Assembly: GCA_964016885.1 (NCBI GenBank)
Contig: OZ024743.1
Span: 125,674,001 to 125,738,000, forward strand
Direction: 5' to 3'
DNA from: Eledone cirrhosa
Lineage: Eukaryota
DNA length: 64,000 nt
Both the position numbers and the translations under genes were made by a program. The notes below the pieces were generated by a model. It ran no database searches. It was given only the letters and a program-made list of their open reading frames with translations, and had not been told where the DNA came from. Within the stretch, counting starts at the first letter, position 1; each line of letters starts with the position of its first letter. Positions 46,901 to 61,900 of this stretch are shown piece after piece.

Positions 46901-49900
46901 TAGTGACATGACAAAAATCACCCAGTTCATCTAGTAATGTGGTCGTTTTGGTGCCACGATAAAAGGCACCCACTCTGCACTGTAATGTGGTTGGTGTTAG
47001 GAAGGGCATCCAGCCATAGAAACCAAGCCCAAATACAGATCTGTATGAGCAAGACATGGTCTCTGGACCTGACAACATATCTAACTCATGCAAACAGGAA
47101 AATGAATATTATAAACATATAGTTTAAATAGAAATAAATACATACAAAGTCATTATCAACTTCCAGGCCTTGAGTCTGTAGGTTCCGCCGAACTGTAGTA
47201 AATTCATCACTTGCTAAAGAATTACTGTGTCTCTACAAAATATATACAATAAAAAGTTGATATAAAAAATAGTAAAAATGAACACCAGCATCACTATACT
47301 TGATGTAGTAAGATAAGACATTCTAATTAATTAAATTTACACCTTTAATGATGTGAGGTGATTTGTTGTATTAAACTGGTAGAGTTAGAGCATTGGACTA
47401 AATGCCATGAAGTAGTTGTTCTGCCTCAATGAGGCTAACTTTGCCTTTTATTCTTATGGGGTCAATAAATAAAATACCAGTCTAAACTGGTGAAATGGCA
47501 AAATTGTTAAAGTATTTAACAGGATGCCTTGTAGTATCTGTTTTAACCCTGCATTCTTAGTTCAAATCCCATTCCTTATCACTAGTAAAAATGATGATAT
47601 AATAGAATTGGGGCTTCTGTCATTAAAACACCTAATGGACTTCCAATGAGATGCAATCTTTATATCTTACAAAAGAAAGGTATGTTTTACGAATAGATTT
47701 TTTACCATTGTTTAACTTTTTCATTACCATATTTCTATAGAAAGACAATGTCTATGATTTTCAAAGAATTTGAAAAATAATCAAGAATTTGAAGGAATTT
47801 AATAAAATAACTAACTTTCTCATTATTTAGTTGGTGTTTGGATTATAACTTGAAGGTTCTTACACAAAATTATGATGGATTTTTTTAGATAAATATAAGC
47901 ACTTTTAAATAAGTAGTCTTATATCATAGACACAGGGCTGGTTTCAGGCAGGTCAGTATCAAGAAGATTAAAACATGACTATGGCAAAGAGTTCATAATA
48001 TCTACTATTTATAGTAAAACAATTTTGTAACAACTTACATCTGCTAAGAGTTTCTCTAGTTCTTGTTTTGTTGCTTGCCTAGTTTTATGTTCTGGAGTTT
48101 GATATTTCCACTGCATCCACTGTTCTGTTGTACTTGGTCCCAGCATCTCACTCATTATTTTTTCATCTTAAATATTATAAAATAAACAGTTTGAATTTTA
48201 CTGAAGGTAAAGACAAAGAAACTTAAAATGACTAAGGTAGGCATGCCCCCACCCCTCCTTGATGATGTGTGTTCCAGTTGTTTGATCAATGGTTTAGACT
48301 GTTCATGAAATTAATGTGTGAGTGACTGAGTATTCCACAGGAGATTCAGCATGACACTGTGTGTGACAAAGCTGGCTCTTTTAATTTACAAGTAAAGTCC
48401 ATTTAACAGGCTTTCAAACAGTTTCTGTCTACACAATTTCATTCACAAGGCATGGGTCAACCTGTGGCTATGGTAAATGACACATGCCCAAGATGTCACA
48501 CAGTGGGGTCAAACCCAAAACCTAATGCTTGCAAAGTGAACTTCTTAGCCATTCAACCATGCTGCATCCACAACGATAAAGATAACATATTTTTCATATG
48601 GTTAAAAAGAAGTGACCAGTCGGAGGGAGTTGAATACTAATTTGAGGATACCTTCCTCACTTCCAACCACTAGTTTCGGGGACTGATAAAAAGTATCTTG
48701 TGCACTGCCCTTTTCTCCTTGACTGAAACAATACAAAAAATATGTACACACATATACCAGGGGTCAGTACCTCCATTTGAGTACCTATCTGGTCTATTGA
48801 TGACCTGTCCAACACTTGCTAGCAAGGAAAGCAGACATTAAATGATGATGATGATGATGATGATGATGACACATATATGTGAATGCAAATGTACACAGAT
48901 ACAGACCCACACATGTATACACAGATGCCTTTTTTGTAGGTCAAAGTTGATGGTGACGGGTGAAAAGACCAATCCAATATGGGACCCACAGAATTAACTG
49001 TAAATGTTGCACATGTGCTGATACAGACAAGCAAGCAAATTTTATGAGATAAATGATTATAGATAAATACAAACTTGTCTTCAGGTTTTCTTTTACACAC
49101 TCTTCCATAAACCTAATAGCTGTGTCCCACTGTGCTCTGTCTGTACATGAGGTATCTTCAAGGATATTAATCTGAAACATTCGCTGTAAGAAGAATATAA
49201 AGAAACCAACTAGTAAATACAGTACAATTCAAGGTGTATGCCTGACAGCAAACTAAGTTCATTTATAAAAGAGCAAACTACAAAAATTTAACAGCATGGT
49301 GGTGGTGGTGGTGATGATAGTGGTGATGTTAGTTGTGGCAGCAATGATGATGATAGTAATGGAGATGATGTTGTTGATGATTATATATTATTACAATAAA
49401 TTGCATAATTGATTAAAGACAATTAATTTTAATGAGATGCAGATTGGCTTTGAGCCTGAGAGAACCACCAATACCATTCTTTTTGTCAGACAACTGCAAA
49501 ACCCTAATAATTAGCATTCGTTGACCTGAAAAAAGTCCTTTAACAGAATCCATGCTTTGGTGGGCACTTGGGAAATTAAGGTTAGATGAATGGCTTGTGA
49601 GAGTTGTACAAGTCATGTACAGAAGTGCAACCAGCAAGGTGAGCTTTAACAATGAGTATAGCAAGGAATTTAATGTGTGGATAGGAGTTCAAGGCTCAGT
49701 CCTCTATCCCCTCTTGTTTATTATAGTCCTCCAGGCCATAACAAAGGAATTGAAGATTGGTTGTTCGTGGGAACTCCTATATGCTGATGAGAAGAGGGCT
49801 TTGAATACAGAAAATTTGCAGTGCCTAAAACGAAATGAGGCAAGCATCCTTCACAAGGTGAATGAAAAGTTGAGTATGATAAGAAATGAATGTAGCATGC

Positions 49901-52900
49901 AAGATAATTTTGCTGGTATGAACATTAGAGCTGTATAAAAAAAAGTGCTCAGTGCTTAAAGTAGATAGTAGACATGTAAAGAAGTTCTAAGGTATGACTT
50001 CAAATAAATAAACGTCACAAAAGACATGACACAGGACTTAGTAGGCTGGTGATATGCCATAATATAAAAGATTCATTCACCAGTATTGTGACACAAAAAT
50101 TAAATGTTGTGAGAGGCAAGAGACAACCATTCATGCAATTGAAGGGAAACAAAATAAAACACACCCAGTCCACCTTGTAAAATGGTAATGTTGATGCCAC
50201 ATAAAACCACACTAAGTTCACCTTCGAAGGTGGTTGATGTTAGGAATAGCATCCAGCCATAGAAACCATGTGAAATATGGGAAGCAAATGTAAAAATGAT
50301 GTTGATGATAATAACAATGATAAACACAACGGCTTCTGATTTAGGCACAAGGCCAACAATTTTTGAGGGAGGGGAAAGTCGATTAAATTGACCCCAGTGC
50401 ATTACTGGTGTTTTATTTATCGATCCCATAAGGATGAAAGACAAAGCTAACCTCAGTGAGGTTTGAACTATGGAGGTAAAGGGACGTAACTCTATGCTGC
50501 AAAGCATGTTTTTCGACACTCTCCAATACTGCCAATCCACTGCTCACAATGATAAACAATAATAATCTATATATATAAAACTGAGGATGCCTGTGTGTGT
50601 GTGTGAGTTTGAATCCCTAAAACTCGAGAAGCACCCAACCGACTGTTTTCAAACTTTACACATGCAATATGTTTCAGGGAGTGTTCTGAACAAAAAAAAT
50701 TTCAAATTTTCAATGCCCTAGGGATCACATTAGGCGATTTAGCGATCTCTCTCTATAATTACTAGTCTTTCTCTTTTTAGATAGATACATGCATATAACG
50801 TCGCGCCCTTATAATATTTGTCTGTATGTCTGACTGTCAGCATTACGTCACTTCCCTGAGGATGTCTGTCTGTCTGTGAGTTTGAATCCCTAAAACTCGA
50901 GAAGTACACAACCGACTCTTTTCAAACTTTACATGTCTATTACTTATGTTTCAGGGAGTGTTATGCACATAAAAAAATTCAACTTTTTTTTATCTCCTAG
51001 GACCCGCATTAAGTGAAAAACTGTGTTTTTTCAGGTTTTTAGGGGTTTTTTGAGGCATTACGTCAGATTGATTTCCTTGAAATTGTAACTATGTATTAGT
51101 CAGTCTCTTCTTCATACCGTGAGCAAAGAAAATCCAACTTTTTTATGGCCTAGGGCCCGCATTAGGTGAAAAACTTCATTTTTTTCAGCTTTTTAGGGCT
51201 TTCTTGAGGCGTTACGTCTAGCCGATTTTCCCGAAATTTCAAGACATATTATGCACATAAAAAAAATTCATTTTCTTGATCCCCTAGGCATTAGGTGAAA
51301 ACCTGCATTTTTCCTGCTTCATCGAGGAAAATCTTAAAGATTATCCAGCCATCAGAGTATTCGATTTATTTTCTTTACCTATTGTCCAGGCATGCAGTTT
51401 TTCCATGATTAGGTCTGTTGGTGGCCCGCATTCCAAAATACCTTATCCCGTGCAACGCTGGGTACCACTGCTAGTAAATGATAAAAATTCTATATGGCAT
51501 GTTGGAAACCTACCAAACTTTCCTCTGCTTTAACATCCCACTCATGTCTTTTCCGAGAAGCATCTTTCACTGCAAGCTTTAGTTGATCAAAAATATTATC
51601 ATGTTCTTTCAGTCGGTCCTCTCTATCCATTAATTTACCAAATTCTTCATGTAGAGTATTCCAACCAACCTAGAAAATTAAATCAAAATCTCAAACAATC
51701 TTTTCTCCATTTAATGAATTAAAAGAACATTTTTTGGCAAGAATTAAGGTCATTTTTAAATACATTTTTTCTCATTTATAATTTTGTAGGTTGTGAAAAT
51801 ACCTGTGGAGTTATTCTGGTGAAAATGTTCACCACCTTGTAAATCTTGCCTCTCTCTCTCTCTCTCTCTCTCACTCACACATACAAATATATCGAGAGAG
51901 AGGGAGGTAAGGTTTACAAGATTGTAAAAATTTCCACAAGAACAACTCAATGGGTATTTCCACAACCTAAAAAGTTATAAACTTTGCAAGGTTATTCCAT
52001 TCATATTACACTCTATATATAGACATAGGCATATGTGTGTGTAGTTAGGGAGGAGCATACTGACAATAAAAAACACACACCAGTTGAGTTTCACTTCACA
52101 GCTATGTCTGTGTCTATATATAGAGTCATAAATGAGAAGAATAGCCTTGCAAAGTTTATAACAACAAATTATTTCATACAGAGTCTAAATATGTCCTGAC
52201 AAGAATGCTACTATGAAATTCTTAGAATTTCACATTCTATACGAGAATAATGATTTGTATAATTTCAGAGTTATTGTCTGGCAAGTGGATTGACCTTCTC
52301 ATTACATTATTTCTAATAAAAAAACACTGCCTATAATTTTCAAATAATGTTTGACAGAATCAAGAATTTGGAAAGATTTATTAATATAAGTTTCTTATTT
52401 TTAAGCTGGGGTGTGAGACTTAAGAGAATTTTCTTAAATAAAATTATGATGGAAGGTTTGAATATGAAAATGAACAATTTAAAATAAATAGTTTTGTGTC
52501 ATAGAATCAAGGATGATTTCAAGTGGTTTGTTATCAAAGATGTTTTTAAAAAACTAACAATATGTAACTGAAAGAACTGCATCACAGTAAATTATAAGTT
52601 TTTAAAAAAGCCAAAATGTGTTATATATTTACCAGAACACATTTCTTTGGTAACAAAGAATCAGCCCATTGCTTCAACTTTATATCAACAGTGGTATTAA
52701 AAGTACTACAAAATAAAAATACAATAAATGCAAATACAAAATATATATTTGTAAAAAATTCATCTATCAAACAAAGGTTATATTTCTCAGCAATATGAAA
52801 ACAACCACCAGTTTAAAATAATGATGTAGATTATATTTTTCAGAAATCATCATTATTATTTTTTTTTTCATCTGCTTTTCTCTGCTAGCATGGGTTGCAC

Positions 52901-55900
52901 CACCCCATTCTGCAAATGATAGCATTGGTGTAACAATAAAATGTACCCAATACATTTCTCAAAGTGGCTGGCTTTAAGAAGGGCATCCAGTCACAGAAAC
53001 CACATTGGTCTTTGCTAGGCTCACTTTGAGGACCTTTGATTCACTCAATGCAGTTTTATTTTTTAATGAGTCATGCATTAAATATGTTAGCATTTTGATA
53101 CTTCATCATCATCATCATCTTTTTACTTCTGCTTTGCATGTTAGGAAGTGGTGGGTGACTGGCACAATCCAAGTCACATATTTAGAGTTACTGCCCTCCT
53201 AAATGGGTTGAAGGACCACATCTTTCTTGTACGTTACATTTTTGGTATGGTTACTACCACTTAGCAGAGTGTACTAGGTGCATTTATTGTGACACCAGCA
53301 CTAGATATTTTATGTCCTCAGCAGGACTAAAGAGCCATCTCTACCCTATGCTATCTTTGATCACTAACCACTTTACAGAGTGTAATGGGTGCATTTATCA
53401 TGGCATTAACATTAGTGAGGTTACCTTGCATCACACAAAGACTATATATAAGATAAATAGAGAAATGTCCCTCATCTCATCAAGAAAATAATTTCAATAA
53501 ATACATGTATCGTCATCATCATTTTATGTCTGCTTTCCATGCTGGCATGGGCTAGACAGGTTATCAGTCTGAGACCAGACAGATCAAGGAACTACATCTT
53601 GCTCATATGTTCCACATATAGCATAGTATATAGCCTGGCTGAATCCTCTTCTTAATGCCAACCCCCTTTCAGAGAGTACTGGGTACATTTTTCGTGGCAC
53701 CACCACTACCACTTTACAGAGTGTACTAGGTGCATTTTTCGTATCATCACTACCTCTTTACAGAGTATACTGGGTGCATTTTTGTGTATATATCCTGACA
53801 TCACTGTGGTGCAATGGTTACCAATGTGGCATCCACAGACCCCTGGAGGCCAGTAAACATAATAGAGACTCTGTGACCTATACTCCAAATTCTTCTCAAA
53901 CCATAAACATTTCTATCTTTTCATTCTTATAATTTGGGAGACGAATAAGAGTAGCAGGAAATTCATTTAAATAAAAAGGAGTCATTGCTTGTCAAAAGTT
54001 TGGGAACCACTGCTGTGTTGAAAAAAATACTTACCCTGGATTATCACACTGTGCTGCAGGTAAGTAGATATTTTCAAAGAAGTATGTAGCATTTGTCTTC
54101 CGTAGCTGAATATAGTAGGCCTCTTCCCTAAAAATATATTAGAGGTACATTGTTAGAGAATCAAACTGTTTAATAACAGGGAAAGAAAACAATAAAACAG
54201 AATATAAATTAACCAAAAGCTCCTAAAAAAAGAGTTAACGCTTTTGTTACTATATTTTTAATAAAAGACACTTCTATAGTTTTTAAATAATTTTGAAAAT
54301 AACCAAGAATTTAAAATAATCAAGTGATAAAACCAACATTCACATTATTTAGCTGGTGTGACGGCAGTGGATCAGTAGAATCGGTAGAGCATCAGACAAA
54401 ATGCTTTACAGTATTTAGTTATGACTTCCTATGTTCAGAATTTAAATCCCAGAGGTCAACATTGTCTTTCATCCTTCCATGGTTGATAAAATAAAGTATC
54501 ATCAAGTACTTGCGTTGATATAATCGACTTTCCTCTTTCCCCAAATTATCAGCCTTGTGCCAATCATCATCATCACTGTTTAATGTCCATTTTCCACGCT
54601 AGCATGGGTTAGACGGGTTGTCTATTTGAGGTAAGTCGAGGTCAGATGATCAAGCCTTGCCCTTCATAATGCCAACCACATTTACAGTGAGTACCGAGTG
54701 CTTTTTGTTGTGACACCTACACAACCACTTTATAGGGGGGCTGGGCACTTTTTGTCATGTTGCCAACACAACCACTTTACAGTGTGGGCTAGGGCTTTGG
54801 TGGAAAGAGTGTGTGAGGATTACGGAGGTGGGTACATGGGCATGTGTGAGGAGTGGAATGTTAGGATGTGGGAGGTGTGTAGAAGTGTGGGATGAAGGTG
54901 GTGCATATCAGATGTATGCTTCAGCCTGTACTCATGGGAGGTGTATGGGAGGGACATGGAGGTGAGTACTATATATATGTGTGAGCTAGGTGCTTTTTGT
55001 CATGACTGGGTGCATATTATCATGACACCAGCACTAGAGAGGTTGTTACACACTCATGTAGACTGATGGGTCCTCTCAAACCCTGTATTGTCTCTTTTCA
55101 ATTGCCAACACTGTAGCCCCCAGTCTCTAACATTTACTCTTAGTGTTGCAGTACTTGTACAGGATATGATGGCATATCAAAAGACCTGCAACACATGTAC
55201 AAGCACTGCAGCACTAAAGATGATTGAAAACTAAATTCAACTATATAGTCATACCTGCACCTATACACAACCTATTCAAAATTAATGGTATCATATGGTC
55301 TCGTAACTCCTGAGGTAGCCATAGTGGGAATTGTATTGACATACTCGTACAGCGTTTCTTGGGTATTTTAAACCTAGCGGAACCCATCTCTCTCCAAGCC
55401 TGAGTACAGCAGATTTCTTTCAGAGAAGGATAGAAAGGAGAGAGAGGACGTAAGAAAGAGATATAGAGGAAGAATTGACCGCAGTACTTGACTGGTACTT
55501 TTTTTATAAACCTTAAAAGAATGAAAGGCAAAGTTAACCCCAGTGAGATTTGAACTCAGAGAGCAGAGTGCCAGAAAATATACCAGAAAGCATTCTATCA
55601 ACTCTGCCAATTCAGCACCTAATGTAAAACAATAAATGAAAACAAAAAACAAAGCTTACCATTGTTTCGGAGTCAACTGACTCAAATCAATGATTTCATC
55701 TAAAATTTCACTTCGAGCTTTTTCAAACAATTCATCCTAGACAACAGAAGAAATATAATTGTTTATCAATTCTTAATTTTTATATTAAAGGACCAACTAG
55801 ATGAATGTATGTTCTCTACTGACATCAACCACACTAAAATATTTACACAATATTTAATACTATAGAGTTGTACTAGTTTGGGAGTGTTTTTATTTGATAC

Positions 55901-58900
55901 CACATATTAAAACTGAACAAATTACATTGTGAAAAAGTAATTTTATCCATTCAAATAACATTGTTATGGAGCCTGAAACCACATCATGGTTGCAAAGTAA
56001 ACTTCTTAACCACACTACCAATCATGGAAACTAACAACAACAAACTATATATTCATCAGTAAATGGTACTTTTGCTGTTCCTAAAATTGGGAAATTGTGT
56101 TCTAAGAAATTTTATCATTTGATTAAGCTAGAAGTTAGCTTAGTTTAGTTAGATTGTCTATGCATTTAGTAAACTATGTCTTGGAATACATGTTCTCCAG
56201 AAATATGTTTAATAAAAGGATTGGTCATTCTGTCAACAAATCAATTCCATTAATAATAAAACAATAATGTTAATAAATCCCTCCAAATTCTTCATTAATT
56301 GAAATACAGTGTATTTCATTAGAAATATGGTCACAAAAGCGTTAAGGCAAATTTCCTTTCTTGGTTCTTTTTATGTTATTATTTGTATTGTTTTGGTTGA
56401 GGATTGGTAGAATTGTTAGTGTCAGAGAAAATGTTTTGCTGTATTTATTCTGGTTCTTTACATTCTTAGTTCAATTCCTGTTGAAGTCAATTTTGTCTTT
56501 TATCACTCAGAGGTTGATAAAATAAAGTACCAGTCAACTATTGAAGTCGATATAATCAACTTTTTCCTCCTCCCTAAAATTGCTGGCCTTGTGCCTAAAT
56601 TAGAAACCATAATTTTGTTTGTTTCTCTAGTTCTATCAAGGTTACTATTAAAGATATGTTTAATTCAACATAATCATATCACAAAATAAGTAAAAATTCT
56701 TACCCGATCTAATTCTCTTAAACGAGGGAAAGTATTTTTCCATTCTGTTTCTAAGTTAAACCTGGTAGCTGTAAAAAAAAAAATATATATATAATAATTA
56801 ATGATTCATAAATAAAAAAATTTAACAACTCATTACATTAACAAAACAAATAAATTAGAGAAGGAATAAATGTGGACTATTTCATTGGAATGAGTTTTAA
56901 TGAAATTACTAAATATTGAATTAATAGGGATTCTGTAGCGTCATCATTATTTTTATATCTGCATTTCTGTGCTGACATGGGTTGGGTGGGGAATTTTGAA
57001 GTAGTTTTTCTACAGCTGGATGCTCTTCCTGACATCATCCCATACTTCTTTCTAAATATGATGATCATCATTAAATCACTACATTGCAGGACATATTATT
57101 TATGGAGGATATAAACCAATGCCACTGCTTTACTTTAAACAGTGTTGATATGAAAATAGCAAGTGACATACATAATACATAATACACACACGTATACAAC
57201 AGGCCTCCTCACAGTTTCTCTCAACCAAATTTACTCACAAGGCATTGGTTAGCTGGAAACAATGAGACTAAGCCTGAAACTACACAGCTCCAAAGTGAAC
57301 AGCCATGTCTTTTATACTTATTTAGTATCAAGAATTTACCAACAATAAATATGGAATCAATTTAAAAACAGTTAAGTCAGTCTAAAACTGATATATACAA
57401 GTTGTAAAAGTAAATTTTTAAAAAGGAGCTAAAATATAAAATACTAATATGTAATGTAGTAAATAAAAAAACTAGAGTTTGAGTAAACTAATAGTGGGCT
57501 GCAACAACAAAAATCAATTAATAAAGTTAGAAAATTTGAATAAGGTTGTACACCACAGGGAAATAAGAATACTGACATTTCAAGCATTTTTTTAAAGTCA
57601 TGAACATTATGACTTGACTATGAAATAATAGATTTTTATTTTTATTAAAAAACACACACACAAATGAAAAACAGAAAAGAATTAGAAAAAAAATCCAAGA
57701 ATTTTGCATCAAACTGATGAAATCCAATATGGAAGCATGGAAAATAGATAGTAAATAGAGATAATGAACATAGTGAGAGAAGTGTTAAGTGAATTATGAG
57801 CAAAACCATCTTTCAAGAACTCACCTTTGAAGGCATCAGCTTGCTGCTCAACAGTCTCCTTTACCATTTTCCAAAAAATATCTGACACAGCCATACTTAG
57901 ATTGTGTGTTGTCATTTGAGAGGGCTTCATAACACCATCTCTGTAATAGAAAATATAACAATACAATATAACTACAATCACATGTTAGTTGGAATTAGAC
58001 TGGAGTAGAGAAGAAGTAGAAAAGATTGAAGTAAATAGGAGTTAACTGTTAGATGTAACTGTTTGAAAATATGTGTGAAGGGGGAGTATTTAATTAACTG
58101 TTTCTACTTTTGGCACAAGGCCAGCAATTATCCCAGTGCATTACTGGTACTTTATTTTATCGACCCTGTAAGGATGAAAGGCAAAGATAATCTTACCGGG
58201 ATTTGAACTCAGAACATAAAGGGCCATAATTCTATGCTGCAAAGCATGGTGTCTGATGCTCTATTGATACTGCCAAATTAATGTCATGGCAATTAACCCA
58301 TTTGTTACCATATTTCTAGTGAAATACACTGCCAATGATTTTCAAATAATTTTTAAAATTTAGTAAGATAACTCACTCTTTCACTACTAAGCTAATGTTT
58401 GGAGCATTATTAAGCAAAAAGTTCTTACATACAGAAGATTGGTCGCTGTGACCTATCTGGTCTTGGGCCATGACAAGTCATTCAATCCATGCCAGTGTGG
58501 AAAGTAGACATAAAAATAATGATGATGAACTCTTTAAAAAAAGCAGTTTTGTATCATAAAAAATGGACAGTCTCAGGCAGTTTGGTACCGAAGACTTTAT
58601 CAGTTTTCATCAACATTATTTTTTCAGTTTTCCATACTCACATGTTTTATACTGCTTTGAATCTGGAGAAGAATCCTTACACCTTATAGAGTCAGTTTCA
58701 ATTAAATTGCATTAATAAAGTATATGTATGGATGTGGAGGGTTGGGAGCTGGTGGCAGATTAGTGGATAAGGTTTAGGGGAAATGGAAAAGAAATGGGTT
58801 ACTTATGTTTATAATAAGGTTTTTTTTCTTTTCAAACTAAACATACATTAACTACATGAGAGAGTTAATGTGTATCCCAATCATTAAAACATTTACATTA

Positions 58901-61900
58901 TATCCCTTCATGTCTTAAAATGGTTGGTATCAGAAAAGCTTCTTGTCATAAAACATTGACTCAAATGTCCTATCTAACCTATTTAAAGTCTGTTTCAAGC
59001 CCGGAGGGTCATCAGGCCAAAGCTTATCTCCATGGCATTAAGCAACTGAGAGTACATGACTAGATAGGACACTAGTCTATCACAGGGTTAAACCCTTGGC
59101 TACTGCTGGTACCCCTTTTCAGCTGTGTATACTGGAGCAATATGAAATGAAGTGTTTTGCTCAAGAACACAACACACAACCCAGTCCAGAAATTGAACCC
59201 ACAACGTTATGATCGTAAGTCCAACAGACTTACCACTAGGCTTCATTATCTAACCTATACTAGCATGGAAAAGCAGACATAAAAAATGATGATGAATGTT
59301 GTATGGTAGTGAAAATGGCTGTAAATACAGAAGATATGCAGCAATCATAGAACAAATTGACTAGTATCTATCACAGAGGTTTCCAAACTGAAACAATGCC
59401 TTAAGTGAGTCACCAATAATCTCTAGGTCTATCACAAAAGTCAAATCTTATGTATCCCATTGAATTATTTCTTATTATACACTTAAATATTTAGCATCAC
59501 TAACAATATGTCATGAAACATTTAATTTATAAAAAGTGCATCTCCAATGTGAACATTTGGAAAGATTTAGGCTATCAAATGTTCAATGTTAGCTTACAAA
59601 GAGGCTAAAATGCAAACAAATTAATAAGAGAACTATTAATTATAGACATATAATGTGGCTGGATGATATATGCAGGGAAAGAAGTGTTTGTAGTGGGCAG
59701 TAGCACAAACAACCACAAAGTAGGGCTGATGGCCATTGCAGGTTTGCAGACAAGAGTGAAGTGATAGGATACATATGGATGATGATTGTTAGGTGCAGAA
59801 GTGTCAGGAATTCCCAGTTGAAGCAAGCTTCAGTAAAGGAAGACCATAGAAAACCTGAGTAGACATGGTGAGAGTAGGTCTCAAAACATTGGACCTCATG
59901 GAAGAGATGATGAAGGAATGTAACAAATGAAGGCAGGCTGTTCAGGAAAAAATTCATACGACCCATGTAAGCATGGAAAAACGGACATAAAAGGATGATG
60001 ATGATGCTGAATCAACAAAGTACTTCGACCTATAAGTATGGACAGTTTCCGCTCTCTCCAATGCTAGATTATGGTTAAAAATAATAAAGAATGTAACTTA
60101 CTTGAAAAGTCTGGAACCGCGAAAGAAATTTTCTTCATAATCCTTGATTGACTGGATAGAGTCACTATTGTTACCTGTAAATAGTATACAGATTTTAAAT
60201 GGTCATTTTATATCATCATCATTGTCATTTAATGTCTATTTTTCCATGCTTGCATGGATTAGACAGGTTGTTATGTTAGGAGATAAAGCAAGTCAGGTGA
60301 CCACATCTTGTTCATATGGATCTGTATTCGGGCTTGGTTTCTATGGCTGAATGCCCTTCCTAATGCCAACCATGTTACAGTGTTGACTAGGTGTTTTTTT
60401 TTCATTGTAGCATTAAAAGGACCATCTAATAGGATGGACTGGGGTGCATTTATTGTGGCACTAGATCATCATACAGAGTGGACTTGGTGCTTTGACATTG
60501 ACTACTAATTCTACAAATGGTGCAAATTATTTTAATATTTAAACTACAAAGTTTAATTCTTTCATGACTAATGAAATACACAGTTTATATCTTTCTATTA
60601 ATACTGAAAATAGTCGAGATTTTGAAAAACTTAGTAAAATAACTAATTTCTTTCATTTATTAACCATTTTGTTACTATATTTCTAATAAAAAAAACATCG
60701 CCTATGATTTTCAAATAATCAAGACAGTAAAATAACTTTTTCATTATTAAGCTGGTATTTGAAGCAAAACTTAAGGATTCTTAAATAAAATCATGACTGT
60801 TGTTTTTTAAATAAATGTAAACACTTTAAAATAAATAATTTTCTATCATAGAATCAGGTGTTGTTTGGTATCAGAAGAGTTAAGCTGTGTATTTTGTAAA
60901 TAACATAAGGTTCATAAAGAAAATTATGGCGGAAAGCTTTAATTTAAATGATAACATTTTAAAATGAGAGGGTTTATACCTGTCACATATTAATAAAATT
61001 AAAAACAAAAAAGAAAAATTACTGAGGGCCTAACTCACTTCATGAACAAACATGTTTCAAGGTTAACCCTTTAGCATTTAAACTGGCTGTGCCCGGCCAG
61101 AATTCTCTCACCCCTTTCTGTTTAAACTGGCTACAACCGGCTGCTCATACTAATGTTAAGGTATTGTTCTCAAAATAAATAATATCAAAATCTCATAGAT
61201 TCGATACTATGTAAGGTAATTATGTGAGGTAAAGCCTTTACATGAAAATACAATAGTTACTACTTACCTTTACCAGTAACAACAGCAAAGTATCCAAGTG
61301 CTTTCATAGGGAACAATTTGCCTTCCAAAATCTGTTTAATCTAAAACCCAAGAGAATATTGGAGATATTAGAAACAACATTATAGAGTTACTTGAAATTA
61401 TATCTGAAAATCTAATATTAGAACCATTTCACATTTTACAGAAAATTTGAATTTTCTTTTAACTCTTTTGTGACCATATCTCTAAATTAAAAGTAATCAA
61501 GGATCTAATAGAATAACTAATTTCTCCATTATGAAGCTCAACTCTAGTCTAGTTTTCACTCTTGTATTTCTAACTTGCAAAACAATTCTAACCACATATA
61601 TCACAATGTTTCAGACAAATTATATAACAGAAGATTCTTATGTAAGATTTTGAGAGCAAGTTTAACTTTTAACATCCTGTAATGATATAGTAGAAAATAT
61701 AAAAAAACAGGGTCTGTTAATTCAAATGCTTATAGTATCTTTATTAGTAGACAGATCATTATGAAAATTATTAGTAGTATTAAAGTAAAGAATTTAATTT
61801 TTGATCTGATGCAGTCATAGTGTAGTTTTGTACCTTTCCAAAAAATATTGCTAATGCAGTTTCATGTGGTAAAGGACGTTAAGAGTTAAATTTAAATAAA

